A DNA stretch of 60,681 bases from positions 23,032,422 through 23,093,102 of the forward strand of contig NC_068994.1 of the NCBI RefSeq assembly GCF_001194135.2. Reading direction: 5' to 3'. The stretch is from Octopus bimaculoides. Lineage: Eukaryota. Position numbers and translations under genes: made by a program. Within the stretch, counting starts at the first letter, position 1. Every line of letters starts with the position of its first letter. This document shows, piece after piece, positions 1 to 12,238 of this stretch. The notes under the pieces were generated by a model that searched no databases, was not told the origin of the DNA, and saw nothing but the letters and a program-made list of their open reading frames with translations.

Positions 1-1109
1 TCCTATTCGAGGGATTTTTAATTACGAATAGTGCGTCGTCCCTGTATAATCCACCTTCCAGGTCTGGGAATTCCTCCTGTATGTAGGAGAGCAGATAAAT
101 TCCCACTAAGTCACTTATCTGAGCTGAATCCGGGGCTCCCATGGTGATATCGAAGGAGTTTGGGGAGTCTTTACGGACCCAGAGCTTATTATCAAAACTT
201 ATAATAGATTTTCTAGCTTCAAGTATTACATTAATTTCTTTCCTAGTTAGCTGTGAGTTGTTTTTGGCAAATATTAGGGCACTATTTAATATCGTGGGGT
301 TAATTGAGGAGTAGTAGTCTACTATGTCTATCTGTATGAATTTGTAGTTACTAGTGTTCTGTATTTTGGAGAACCAGTTTAGGGCTTCGTATGTGTTAGA
401 CCATAATTCGAGGGAGAGTTTACTTTTTTAGCGTAGGGATGTACTTATCTAGTATTAGCTTACTTAATTTACATAGGTCTGATCTATTTGGGCATATTAA
501 TCTAACTTTAGTGTCTGTAAGGAAGTTGGGTTTATGGTCTTTTAAATTGATTCTAGGTCTAAGTGATATAAATGGTTCAGTTTTTTCGGCTAAGTTATAG
601 TCTAACATGATGTCCTTGGCTGCTAAGTTCATGGACCGTAAGGTGCTATCTGGTGTTACTTTATATTTTTTTGTAATTTCTTTGTGTAGGAGTTGGTGGT
701 ATAAGCTGATGTCCATAGTATAAGAATTTCTAGTTTTGTCCGAGTGGATAATAATTCCATTCTGGGATTTTAACTTGTGCAGTAGGTCCTTAAGGTATCT
801 TTGGTAATTATTCCTTAGTGGGTGTCGCTTGAATTTGATGTTTTTGATGGTGTTCCATATTTCGTTTTCAAATGCTTCTAAGTGGTTGTTTAGTGGAGGG
901 GTTTTCTTGGTCCTAAAGGTTCCTTTGGTGAGTTGGTTATTATCTCTGTGGTGGTGTGGCTCATTATGGGCATTTTTATCATGGAATAATGCCTTCCAAC
1001 GCAGTCGATGGGTGAAGTCAATTATTTTGCTGATAACTTCTTTAAGGTATACATTCCTGGGTGGTATTGGTATGTCCTTTAGAGATGCTTCTATTAGTAT
1101 CTGCTCCAT
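1..1109 (-). CDS. Penelope-like reverse transcriptase ORF with one +1 frameshift near 419-430
   Basis: SLKDIPIP, RLRWKA, SDKT and LKDHK motifs. After the frameshift the frame from 418 reads FIQIDIVDYYSSI, FDITMGAPDSAQISDLVG and LYRDDAL without stops to base 1. Confidence 0.9.
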
Positions 1110-1457
1110 TTTTCAGTATGCACCTGTTTAAAGCTGGCTAAGGCAGTCTTAGTCAGAGGTATGTGAATATGTAAATGATAGGCTTGCCTCAATCCTTCAG
1201 GGGTAGTCTGAAGCATCGAAGCAACCAGCGGATGTTTAAATTCGGAGGCACTCCTGGGAATCACCTGTGCGGGTACCGTCTTGGTTAGAGGGCATCCAGA
1301 GGCAGGTAATTTATTGTTTAAACCGTAGTTTATAATTATATTTATGTGGAGAATGGAGCAACAAATACAAGAAGAAGCAATTCTGTTGGGCTAGTTAGCC
1401 ATTGTTTTATTATGTGGAGTTTATGTAATGAGTCATTGTGGATGTTATGCAATTAGT

Positions 1458-1509
1458 CATTTACGCACGTTTCAATCTGGTCAATGGTTTGGCAGATCTC
1501 TTCAGAATG
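1458..1509 (-). ncRNA. Type I minimal hammerhead ribozyme motif in the Penelope UTR/pseudo-LTR
   Basis: Minus strand reads CATT CTGAAGA GATCTG-CCAAACCATTGAC-CAGATT GAAA C GTGC G TA AATG: complete core, 4-bp stem I, 6-bp stem II, short stem III, GUA cleavage triplet. Confidence 0.85.
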
Positions 1510-1892
1510 TTGAGGAGTATGTTAAGAGTTCATGGTGTGAGAGATGTAGGAGAAGTGATTAGTGGATATATTGATGTATATGGTGGTGTAATAATAGCGT
1601 TAGGTAAAGAAAGCCTTACGTTTTAGTTGAAGTTATGTTGATCTTCCTGTAAGGGGATTTAAGCTCATTATTCCGATTTTAATCAAATGCATCTCCACGT
1701 GATTTTATGATTGAGGGATGCGTCGTATATTTATAGCACCGGCGGTGTTAGTGCAGGGAAGCAACCCTAAATTTATGTGAAAAGGGGGCTAACTCTGGTC
1801 TTATTCGTAATTAATTATAATTAATTATACTTAGAAGGAAAATTCTATTATGCATATTTAGTTTTACTTAGGAAGTGTAATGTATTATATAT

Positions 1893-2360
1893 TTAATTAT
1901 ACTTAGAGATTGAGTATTTCGTAGCGTGAAGACAGATAAGGCTAGATTCATATCTCCTGTTTAATAGGTCATTCATAGCCGTAAGGATCTCAAAGCGCTC
2001 AGTTAAACAGAGCTGACAGCGTCTGTTAGTTGGGTTATAGGAATTAGCTACTTTTAGTATATGCCACTTTAGTTTATATTCTATCTTATTGTCGTTTAGT
2101 TCCCAGATGTACCTACTAAGTCCTGTTGAATTTGTCTTATTTCTATTTTTAAAGCTGGATAGGTGCTCATTATATCTAAGTCGTACTTGGTTTTTAGTAC
2201 CACCTATATAAGATCTAGTGTGACTGCTTGTTTGTACGTCACATTGGTAAACTATATTTTCGGTCTTGCATCTATTGGAGAAATTACATTTATTCCTATC
2301 TCTACAGCCACATAGGTTGTAAGGGGTGTCTATGTCTGTGTGTTGTTGTGTGGCCCTATT
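1893..2360 (-). CDS. Penelope-like C-terminal GIY-YIG endonuclease domain (156 open codons; no ATG, so absent from the ORF track)
   Basis: Translation includes CGCRDRNKC...C, IVYQC...SYIG, R..EH, LSRYIWEL, RCQLCLTER, CLH; TAA at 1895-1893; truncated by the gap. Confidence 0.9.
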   Translation of the reverse strand, partial: NRATQQHTDIDTPYNLCGCRDRNKCNFSNRCKTENIVYQCDVQTSSHTRSYIGGTKNQVRLRYNEHLSSFKNRNKTNSTGLSRYIWELNDNKIEYKLKWHILKVANSYNPTNRRCQLCLTERFEILTAMNDLLNRRYESSLICLHATKYSISKYN

Positions 2361-2962
2361 NNNNNNNNNNNNNNNNNNNNNNNNNNNNNNNNNNNNNNNN
2401 NNNNNNNNNNNNNNNNNNNNNNNNNNNNNNNNNNNNNNNNNNNNNNNNNNNNNNNNNNNNNNNNNNNNNNNNNNNNNNNNNNNNNNNNNNNNNNNNNNNN
2501 NNNNNNNNNNNNNNNNNNNNNNNNNNNNNNNNNNNNNNNNNNNNNNNNNNNNNNNNNNNNNNNNNNNNNNNNNNNNNNNNNNNNNNNNNNNNNNNNNNNN
2601 NNNNNNNNNNNNNNNNNNNNNNNNNNNNNNNNNNNNNNNNNNNNNNNNNNNNNNNNNNNNNNNNNNNNNNNNNNNNNNNNNNNNNNNNNNNNNNNNNNNN
2701 NNNNNNNNNNNNNNNNNNNNNNNNNNNNNNNNNNNNNNNNNNNNNNNNNNNNNNNNNNNNNNNNNNNNNNNNNNNNNNNNNNNNNNNNNNNNNNNNNNNN
2801 NNNNNNNNNNNNNNNNNNNNNNNNNNNNNNNNNNNNNNNNNNNNNNNNNNNNNNNNNNNNNNNNNNNNNNNNNNNNNNNNNNNNNNNNNNNNNNNNNNNN
2901 NNNNNNNNNNNNNNNNNNNNNNNNNNNNNNNNNNNNNNNNNNNNNNNNNNNNNNNNNNNNNN

Positions 2963-3006
<44 letters not shown>

Positions 3007-3149
3007 ATATAAGGATAAAGTCTATATAAGAATTTATCAAGTAGCCAGTGTGAAAAACCAGTTAAGGGGAAAAATTTATACAAAATGGGTAATTATTTCC
3101 TTTAAATATAAATGTATTCATTATATTAAGGGCTACTTTAATAAATATA

Positions 3150-3418
3150 CACAGTACCGAAAGTGGGGGAATGCAACTTGGAAGTCACCTCTTAAAAAAA
3201 GATTTAGCTGCAAATCACATATAATTTCATAGTCAGTGCACATAATGCACTCTATACTCATTGGTGCAGACGTGTTCATTTTTATGTATTCTGATTATGT
3301 CTGCGCTGAGGAGTAGAGAGCGCATTATGTGGACTGACTATGAAATCATGTGATTTGTGACTAAATCTGTTTTTAAGAGGTAACTTCCAAGTTGCATTCC
3401 CTTGCTTTCAGTACCATG
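3150..3418. mobile_element. Palindromic MITE, probably Tc1/mariner-derived
   Basis: About 120-bp imperfect inverted arms around a roughly 27-bp spacer; flanked by TA at 3148-49 and 3419-20. Confidence 0.7.
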
Positions 3419-3498
3419 TATATTCAAGAGTCCCTTACAGTATGAGGCATTTATGTGTAGTAATAGCCCTTAATATAATGACTGTATTATAATGAATG

Positions 3499-3552
<54 letters not shown>

Positions 3553-4489
3553 AGTGCAGTTATGGTTATGTGGCTAAAAAGTTTGCTCCACAACCATGTG
3601 AGTTTGGTACACAGAAACTGTAGGAAGCCCACCGAAGAAGACTGGCCATTGACCATACATGCAACTTACTTCTCCCTCTGATTTGGAGTGATACAGCTAG
3701 ACATCATAGTCATCATAGGTATTGCTGTAGGAGATAAAGCATCAAGACACTGCAAGGCATCTGGCCTGAACTTTTAACAGTTCTGCTAATCCATAGCCAT
3801 GATGTTTTTTTTTGTTTAACCAGCTCAAAAGAATAAAAGGTAAAGTTGACCTTGGCAGGATTTGAACTCAAAACACGGAGAGCTGGAATAAATGCTGTAA
3901 GGGATCCTATCCAAGGCTCTAACATGGAGTTTAGATCACTGCTAGCACACAAAGGGATAGGTCTGTTAATTAATGAAGGGATTATTACTGGATCAACATA
4001 AAATATTTTGTGTATCTATATTTTGTTAATATCTAGAGAAGAGGAATTGAATTTTGATAATTAATATTCTGCTGAGATTAAGTGAAATTTCTTTATTTAA
4101 TCTAATCAATAATAAGTAAATGTATGCAGGTGCACTGCTTGCAAATACACTCTTTGGGTAAAGGTTAGGCTGACTTTAAAAGAAAATTACATCTACATTT
4201 TGTTGATGTCTGCTGCAACATTGGTATTTGTTTCTTAAGAAGAAAATCATCATCATCATCACCATCATTATCAATGCAGGAGACAGCATGTTCCCCTTAC
4301 CCACTTCTCCTCCTTAGGTATCTGTCACCTATGAAGAATTTTCTTCCATGGCTGCTGTGTTTTTATTATTTTGCTTTTGCTGGATGTTCACCATTGTTAA
4401 TGTTTAGTTTCTTTAGATATTTTTTGATTGTTTTCAGCCATTTTTTTGGCAGAGATATGTAAATTGTTTGCATGACACCCTTGAATGAT

Positions 4490-4870
4490 CAGTTTGATTC
4501 ACATGGCCATGCCAGCACAATTGTTGCTTTTTAATTTGGAAACAATTAGCTTCTAAAACCATGTTCATTAAGTGTGATCATTCTGCAAACTATTAATCTA
4601 TTATATTTTCAGTATTCAGCAAATGTACTCCATTTAAATGATGACCAACAATTAATTTCCAAATTGCTCCAGTATAATGACCATGGCATCATACCATACA
4701 ACCACACAAGAAATACATCTCACTGTTGTTTCCAAACACTTCAGTGAAGGAGGCCAAAAGCTAAAGACGTTGAGCCAATTCTATATTTGATGTCTAATGA
4801 AACAACAAAGTTTTTCTCTTCTACGCTTGATCCAAGGTATTTAAATACTGTAATTTGTTCTAACTCTACT
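4490..4870 (-). mobile_element. Degraded RTE-type LINE, region C-terminal to RT
   Basis: VFKYLGSS and KKQQLCWHGHV on the minus strand, with stops. Confidence 0.6.
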
Positions 4871-5067
4871 TATTGATTAAAATATCATCCATAACAAGTA
4901 TTTTAGTTTTATCAACATTGATAGTAAGACTAAATTATGAAGTTATACTTTCAATATTTTATAGCTGCTATCATTTATATGGTAGTCAACAAACAGATTC
5001 AATGTTTTAGTGGTTCTTTATAACTTCTACAAGATAACAAAATACATATATTTTTATCAGTGCAATA

Positions 5068-5737
5068 TGCGAGGGGAGATTAAAAATTATCTGCACTTTC
5101 GCCATATCATATCTTTATTATTGTCACACTGCCTTCTGCGCATAAGTGCTTATAGTTGGTACTATTGTGGTCATGTGATTGAAGTTTGAGCCTGATTGTG
5201 CCACTTTTCTTTCTGGCTTTACAGTGTAAGCATGGCCACTCCACCAGTAATGTGCACCAAAGAAGAACAAAGAAAAGGGGTGTACAAGATACAGTGCTTT
5301 GCTGGTCAACGAACTGAAGCCAGCAATTTGCACCAAATGCCGAAGCCTATTGTTGAAGAAAGTTTTGTTGTTGCATGACAATGCATGTCCACACATGGCC
5401 ATCCAGGCTGTTGAAACCATTAACCAACTGGGTTTTGAGGTTCTGGAACAACCCAGATCTTGCCCCTTCTTACTATCATACCTTTGGACTGCTCAAAGAT
5501 GGTTTACAAAGTCATTGATTTCCTATGGATAAAGATGTGAAGGAAGTGGTGCATAAATGGTTGTATGACCAACCAAAAACCTTCTTGGAGGGAATATGCA
5601 AGCTTGTGGGCTGCTGGACCAAGTGCATCAAAAAAGGAGGAGACTATAGAGAAAAATGGCGTACTTCTTTATCCCCTGCTTTTGTGAAAACACATTAAAA
5701 AAACAAAAGTGTGTATAATTTTTGACTCTCCCTCGTA
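5068..5737 (+). mobile_element. Internally deleted mariner transposon (transposase C-terminal half)
   Basis: TIRs (t)gcgaggggagattaaaaattat / ataatttttgactctccctcg with TA at the right end; LLLHDNACPH, LGFEVL. Confidence 0.85.
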
Positions 5738-6295
5738 TTTATATAAATATATGGGAGCAGGCATGTATGCTTAAGAAGGTCATTTCTCCACCGTGTGGTT
5801 TCAGGTTCAGTTCCACAATCTGGCATATTAGGCAAGTATCTTCTACTGTAACCCTGATCTGACAAAAGCTTTGTGAGTGTACTTGGTAGATGAACGAGGA
5901 GTGGGATGGGCAATATTAATAACTGGGGTCAAATGTGTAATTTCTGATTTCCTGTTAAATATTGCATCCATATTTTGTATTGTTGTATCATCTTTGGGTG
6001 TAAAAATTGGTCAGCATTGTTGTGATTGTTGAAGTTAGAGCATTTGAAACATAAGTCAGGCGAGGTGTACTTTTTTTCAAGAAGTTTTTTTCAACTTTGA
6101 CCCAATTGAAATTGAGGCTGCTAATAAAATATTTGGATGATTTTTGGAGTTAACAATCAATATTCTTTTCTCTGTTGGATTCCAAGTCAATTTTTTCCCA
6201 CACTAATGTCTTATTTGATAATATTCATGCACACACACACACACACACACACGCACGCACGCGCGCGCGCACACACACACACATACACATACACA

Positions 6296-7210
6296 CACGA
6301 GGTGCGTTGTATTCAACTTTATTTTTTCCTGCCAAAACTAATGCTGCATGGGCAAAATCTCTTGAGTGAAAGGTGATGTTACCCTTGATGCGCATGCATG
6401 AAAATTTTCGTGCTGGTAGGCTGTGCCAGTTCCCAGCTGTTACATCTGGAGTACAGAGATGTAGTGCATGCTTGTTGGATTTTCGTTTTCACCAAAGGCA
6501 TCAAGCAGAGATATGGCATCAAGTTTTGATCAAAGCTTGGTGATACTCAAGCTCAAACCATCCAGAAGTTTCAGCAGGCCTTTGGTGATGATGCCATGGG
6601 CAAAAATTCAAATCAAGAAGTGATATAACTGCTTCAAACATGGCTGCACCCCAGCAGAGAGTGAGGCATGCTCAGGTAGGTCATCCATAAGCTGAAATGA
6701 GGAGACAGTTGAGAAGGTTCAGCGAATAGCCATAGAAGACAATTACGTAACAATCAAAGAAATTGCTCAAGAAGTGGGAATAAGCACTGGATCAGTGCAT
6801 TCCATTTTAACAGAGGATTTGAGCATGAGGGGAGAGCTGACAAAATTTGTCCTCAAGGTTCTGGCCGAGCAGCAAAAGCAACTCTGCATAGAAATCACCC
6901 AGGACATGCTGGACAGCATAAACCACAACCCAGACTTCATGAAGATGATCATTACTGGTGAGAGACAGTGGTTTGTAGTCTCTGCTCGATGCATTTGGTC
7001 ATCTTGCATACAAACGGAAATCCAGCAAGTGCGCATTACATGTCTGTACTATTGGAGTAACAGCTGGGATCTGATGTAGCCTATAGGCACGAACATTTTC
7101 CTTCATGCACAAGAAAGAGGGCATCCCTTCCCACCCAAAGAATTTTGTCTACGTGACATTAGTTTTGGCAGGTAAAAATAAAGTCAGATACTTTTGGAAT
7201 GCACCTTGTA
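6296..7210 (+). mobile_element. Defective mariner transposon (N-terminal HTH to first catalytic Asp region)
   Basis: QRYGIKF..LG..AFGDDAM, ISTGSVHSILTEDL, MIITGE; ends cgaggtgcgtt / aatgcaccttg-TA. Confidence 0.85.
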
Positions 7211-7259
7211 TATATGGCTGCAGTCAAATGACTGAAACAAGTGAAAGAAAATGTAAAAG

Positions 7260-7333
<74 letters not shown>

Positions 7334-7367
7334 CGTTGTAGTTCTCTTGAGGCATTAAAGTACAAAA

Positions 7368-7808
7368 GTAGAAAAGGAAAATAAAGAAAGCTTATAACAA
7401 TGCAGAAAGTTTTACAAAAACCTTTATATTTCAGGCACAAAGGCCTATCTTCAGAAGAAAGCAGACCAAGAAATGTTTACTTACATTGATTTCATTATAT
7501 TATTTAAATTGCTTGGCATTTGAGTTAACAGCAACTCTTCAACTGTTGGTGCAAGCAACTCTCCAATTTGTGGTTGTTGTGACATATTTTCACATCATAA
7601 CATACACCACCAACACCACTTGAAAATACATCACAATGATCAACAGTTGGAGAGTTGCTGTTGCTAACCCAAACACAGAGCAGTTTAAATACAATAATGA
7701 AATTGATTTCTTGGACTGCTTTCTTCTGGAGACAGGCCTTAGCACCTGACATATAAAACTTTCTGCATTGTTAGAAGCTTTCTTTATTTTCCCATTTCTT
7801 TTTTCTAC
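7368..7808. repeat. Fold-back element or MITE with about 180-bp imperfect inverted arms
   Basis: 7368-7550 is the reverse complement of 7638-7808, with indels; partial pairing continues inside the spacer. Confidence 0.7.
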
Positions 7809-7862
7809 ACACATCTATATGCATATAAATCTCTCTCTCTCTCTCTCTCTATCTAAATATAT

Positions 7863-8110
7863 CTTTTATCTTTTACTTGTTTCATTCATTAAACTGCAAC
7901 CATGCTGGGGCACTACCTTAAAGAAATTTTAGTTGAATGAACTCACCCCAGTTTTTATTTTTTAAAGTCTTGTACTTATTCTATTGTTTTGTTTTTTGCT
8001 GAACTACTAAGAGGGACAAACACACCAGCACTGGTTGTCAAGCAGTGGTGGGAAACAAACACACACATGCACACGGGCCTCCTTATAAGATGTATACAAT
8101 GAGCCTCCTT
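7863..8110 (-). mobile_element. SINE family A copy (degraded)
   Basis: Same ttttacttgtttca..catgctggggcac...gtacttattc body as 45937-46326. Confidence 0.65.
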
Positions 8111-8114
8111 CAGT

Positions 8115-8490
8115 TTCATCATCATCATTTAATGTCCATTGTCCATGCTGACATGGGTTGGATGGTTTGATCAGGGCTGGTTAGCTGAGGGACTGCACCA
8201 AACTCCAGTCTGATTTCGTATGGTTTCTACAGCTGGATGCCCTTCCTAATGCCAATGACTCTAAGAGTGTAATGGGTACTTTTACGTGCTACTGGCATGG
8301 TTGCCAGTTGCATGGCACAAGTATCTTCCATGACTACGATTTCACTTGGCTTCATGGGTCTTCTTCTCAAGCACAGCATATTGCCAAAGGTCTTAGTCAT
8401 ATGTCATTGCCTCCATGAGACCCAACACTTGAAAAGTGCTTTTTATCTGATACTGACATCAGCCACATTGCCTCTGTGAGGCCCAATGCT
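8115..8490 (-). mobile_element. SINE or RTE-tail family B copy
   Basis: (CAT)n end followed by ttctacagctggatgcccttcctaatgccaa, shared with 51158-51640, 43770-44100 and 26480-26790. Confidence 0.65.
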
Positions 8491-9439
8491 CTTTTTCTTA
8501 TTAAATACTGGGGCATTTATCAACATTCTCTCTTAACAAATTTCATGCACAAATATTTCTCCCTAAAATATAAGGGGAAAAAATGAACAAGTCAAAGAAA
8601 GAAGTATGAAAAAATTATAAATTTTTTTATTCAAGTAAGTGAGGAAAAAAATCAAAAAAGGTCATTAGGAAATTTTTAAAAAATTGAAATATTTTTAAAA
8701 TGAACATCAAATCATTCATTCTCATGTACATACCAATATATACATGTAGATATATAGACCTTACACACAAGTATAAAGACCTGTACACAAGGTTTATAAA
8801 TCTTTACAGACATACATGCTGTGTAATTATAAATTAAAGTGTGTAGTGTTTTTTTTTGAATATTTTTTTGCTGATTTATTTAGCATATTTTTGAATTATT
8901 TTAAATTTAACTTTGCAAAGAGTGTCTTCTTTCTTAATATATTAACTTCAAATATTTTTAATATATGAAGAAGATGAGGCTGAGAGGTGAGCAAAAAGTG
9001 AGTATTGCAATTTTAAAAAAACAACAACCAGAACAACAACATTAAAGAAACATACCATTTACTCATTGTATGCTTGTTTTATCTTACTTCTTAGTTTTCA
9101 GAAGCAAACTAAGCAATTATATATACATGGTATATTTATTAATGACTTGAATAATTTCTAATAAGTACTCATAGCTAGCATCTCATGCTGTTTCAATGCT
9201 TTATAATATTTTAACTGTTATCTCAATTATATTGCTATACAGACTTTTAGTGGTTTAAACACTATATCAGTGTTGAGGGTTAAATTTACAAATTAGAATA
9301 TATGTTATATATATCAATGTTTATGCCATATGAATATTTATGGTATATTTAATTTTGGAACATATGTCATATTGTGTATATTATATTATGTGCGTAAGTG
9401 TGTGTTTGTGTGTATGTGTATGAGTGTACATGTAAATAA

Positions 9440-9489
<50 letters not shown>

Positions 9490-12238
9490 TCTCACACACA
9501 CACACATATATATTTATATATATACATGTACATATACATACACACACATATGTTTATATATATATATAGATGTATAACTGATTATCGAAAATGTTACATC
9601 AGTGTTAAAAAAATAATATCTAAGAGAGAAATTTTTAATTATCATTATATATGTTGACTATAAATTGCTTTCACTGCAAGGACTTTGCAGTAGATGCTAT
9701 AAAATACGAGTTACCTCTGTTTGGAATTGTAATCCCAATCTAACATGCATCCAAAAAAGATATTCACATTTTTAGGTTACATTTAAAAATGTCGAGGAAT
9801 GGGTCATGTATTTGGGTTATATTCATAAGTACTTGTAGTGGGTGCATAGATATTGTGTATTATGTTTAAATGCTTTTCACTTCTTTATGTGTTGTATTGA
9901 TGCTTATCAATAAATTCCTATGTAGTTGCATGAGTGTGTTTTCAGTGTGCATTTCAATATTTCAGAATTCACTTATTTGCTTGCTTGTCTGTCTGAGTTT
10001 ATGATTTGTCTGTCAGTCTCTCTCATATATACATATACACACACATCAGGATGTGCTGAAAGTTTTTAGCCTTGAGTATTTAAGTAAGTTTTGACTTGTA
10101 CTTGCTAGTCAAGTGACATTTTATTATGTATTTACTAACATATTTGTATATTTCTTTTATTATAGTTGTTTATTTAAATTATAAAAATTACAGCGGTTTT
10201 GAAATTAACAAATTGTAGTATCAAGCATTTTATCAAGGATTGTTTAAAAGACTAAACCACTCTACTGATATTTTCTATTGTTTGCAAACAATTTATAGAT
10301 ACCTTAATTTGTCATTAACTACATAAAAAAACAATCAAGAATAAATTAGGGAAGGATTTCTTATAAAATGAACTCCAAATTAATCAGCTGTGAACGTGAC
10401 ACTGCATTTAAGATTGAATGTCTTACAGAAACTCTTCTATGCTTGAACACTGTTCAAAGATGGAAGAGTTTCTTTAAGAAATACTCCTGGCATATGACCT
10501 TTCATTATAATGTTGTATAAATACTTTAGCATGATAATTAACACATGCAATTAATGAACGCCTAATTTTAATAAAACAACAAAATCTTGTTTAAGTGACT
10601 TGGGTGGATTTACCTATTCTATTATAATTTTATTTACACTGGGATGCTTCATAAGGAATATTAAATAAACCCCAGTTTTTGACTACTACTTTATTTTGTT
10701 CCATGCCACCCTCAGCCACAGGAGGAAAGGCAAATTTGATCTTTGCAGTATTTGAATTCAAAATGTAAAAGTTTGTAATTAAGATGATTCTGCCATGATT
10801 TTGTTGAAGTTTGATGCAAAAAATGATTTCTTTGAAAAATGGTTGTAATTTTGACAAAGTTTAGATAGTAAAGATTTGAGTACTCCTCTACCAAAGTGGC
10901 CAAATGTATTAAATTTGTTCAGAATATCAGGCTAACTGCTTTGGAATCTAAAAATAAATTTATACTTTGTTAAATTGTCATTAATCCAAACCAAGCAATT
11001 TATCTTTATTCCATGATCTTGGATAACTATTCAACTTCGCTATTATAATCAACTGATACTACGGCATAAGATTATTACATGTGTAGAGGCATGATCAAGT
11101 TAAGGTATGACTGATTTACATAATTATCTAAGCATTAAGTACTAAAAGGCTTCCTGGAATCTACAATCTTCAAAATAGAATGACATTAAAAAAATTTTTT
11201 TTAAATCATAAAAATTTCCCATTTAAATTCTAAGTACTTGTGAAAATTTTCATTTAAATTTCTCTCTTCTTCCTTTTATATGACATGTTGACAAACAGAC
11301 TGATGTAACAATATCTTTCTTGTTATAAGGGTAGTTATGCTCAATTAAACTTAACCTCTTGCAAATTTGTGCCATCATATAAGTTGGCCTTTATAAGTGT
11401 GCTGTCAAAGCTATACTAACACCTATATATAACTACACCAACTTTGTGATGTGTTTTGTGTAAGAAAATTGATGATATATAGCTAGAATGATTTAAGAAT
11501 GTTTGTACATTTGATTAACCATTTCTAGGAAAAACTATTATGAGATTAGTATGAAGTTTTATTGAGAATCTTATATTTATTGTTGCCAGTTGGTAGAAAT
11601 GTTAAACATTGACTAAATATCATATTAGATAGGCTCCTAATTTGTGTTGAGGGTAAGATTTTTATGGGTGGATAATGGTGCCCTATAGGTAAAAATATGC
11701 TAGTGCTGTAATGGTGTTAATAAGGGTGATAACTAGTGATATAAGTGATCCTTAAAAGATAATGTTACCACAAAAACTAGGCGTATAAGTGAGAAATTGT
11801 GAGAAAGTGTGAGAAGTGTAAGCTAAAAATTAAAATTGTGGAATTAGAGTAATAACTATTGAGACAACTTCACAATTTTAAGGCAGAGATAAGAAATAAT
11901 TAGGGAGATTTTGGTGGCAGGTGGTGAGAATAGAGTTATAACTAGGAGTGAACTATCAATTATTTTATTAATATATTCTAAATGGGGTCTAGTTAGTTGT
12001 TGAGTGGAATGTTGTGTGGAAGAAAAAAAATCAGCACTTAGCTGGTTTTTCTGCATCATTGTAATTGTTTGTGGAAGGCTACTAATGTCACTATAAACCA
12101 TTTCAGCATTAAAAATTTAGACTATAAAAATGTATGTATACATGTGTGTATGTGTGTGTGTATGTGTGTGTGTGTGAGTGTGTGTGTGTGACATATATAC
12201 ATGTCACACTCACACACACATATATATGTACATATATA

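Larger units (their letters stand above)
1..2360 (-). mobile_element. Penelope-like retroelement (EN+), tandem arrangement: endonuclease and 3' UTR of one unit upstream of the ORF start of the next
   Basis: GIY-YIG frame 2360-1893, non-coding spacer with a hammerhead, then the RT ORF from 1109 running off the window start. Confidence 0.9.

Noticed and set aside
829-1131. 100-aa plus-strand ORF
   Set aside because: Antisense shadow of the Penelope RT ORF.
2228-3232. Long ORF-track entries crossing N gaps (also 13330-13983, 35719-36212, 47695-48788, 51669-52622)
   Set aside because: Their length comes from X runs and flanking (TA)n or poly(A); there is no coding signal.
3316-3346. CTGAGGA...GAAA hammerhead-like spacing in the MITE arm
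   Set aside because: No stem II or stem I pairing, and the mirror arm lacks the motif.
7420-7458. Minus-strand CTGAAGA-stem-GAAA motif
   Set aside because: An extra base precedes stem II, stem III cannot form, and the other arm of the fold-back does not keep the core.
8965-8997. ATG...AAA|GTGAGT as a possible first exon on the plus strand
   Set aside because: Only 11 codons, and no downstream exon could be linked.
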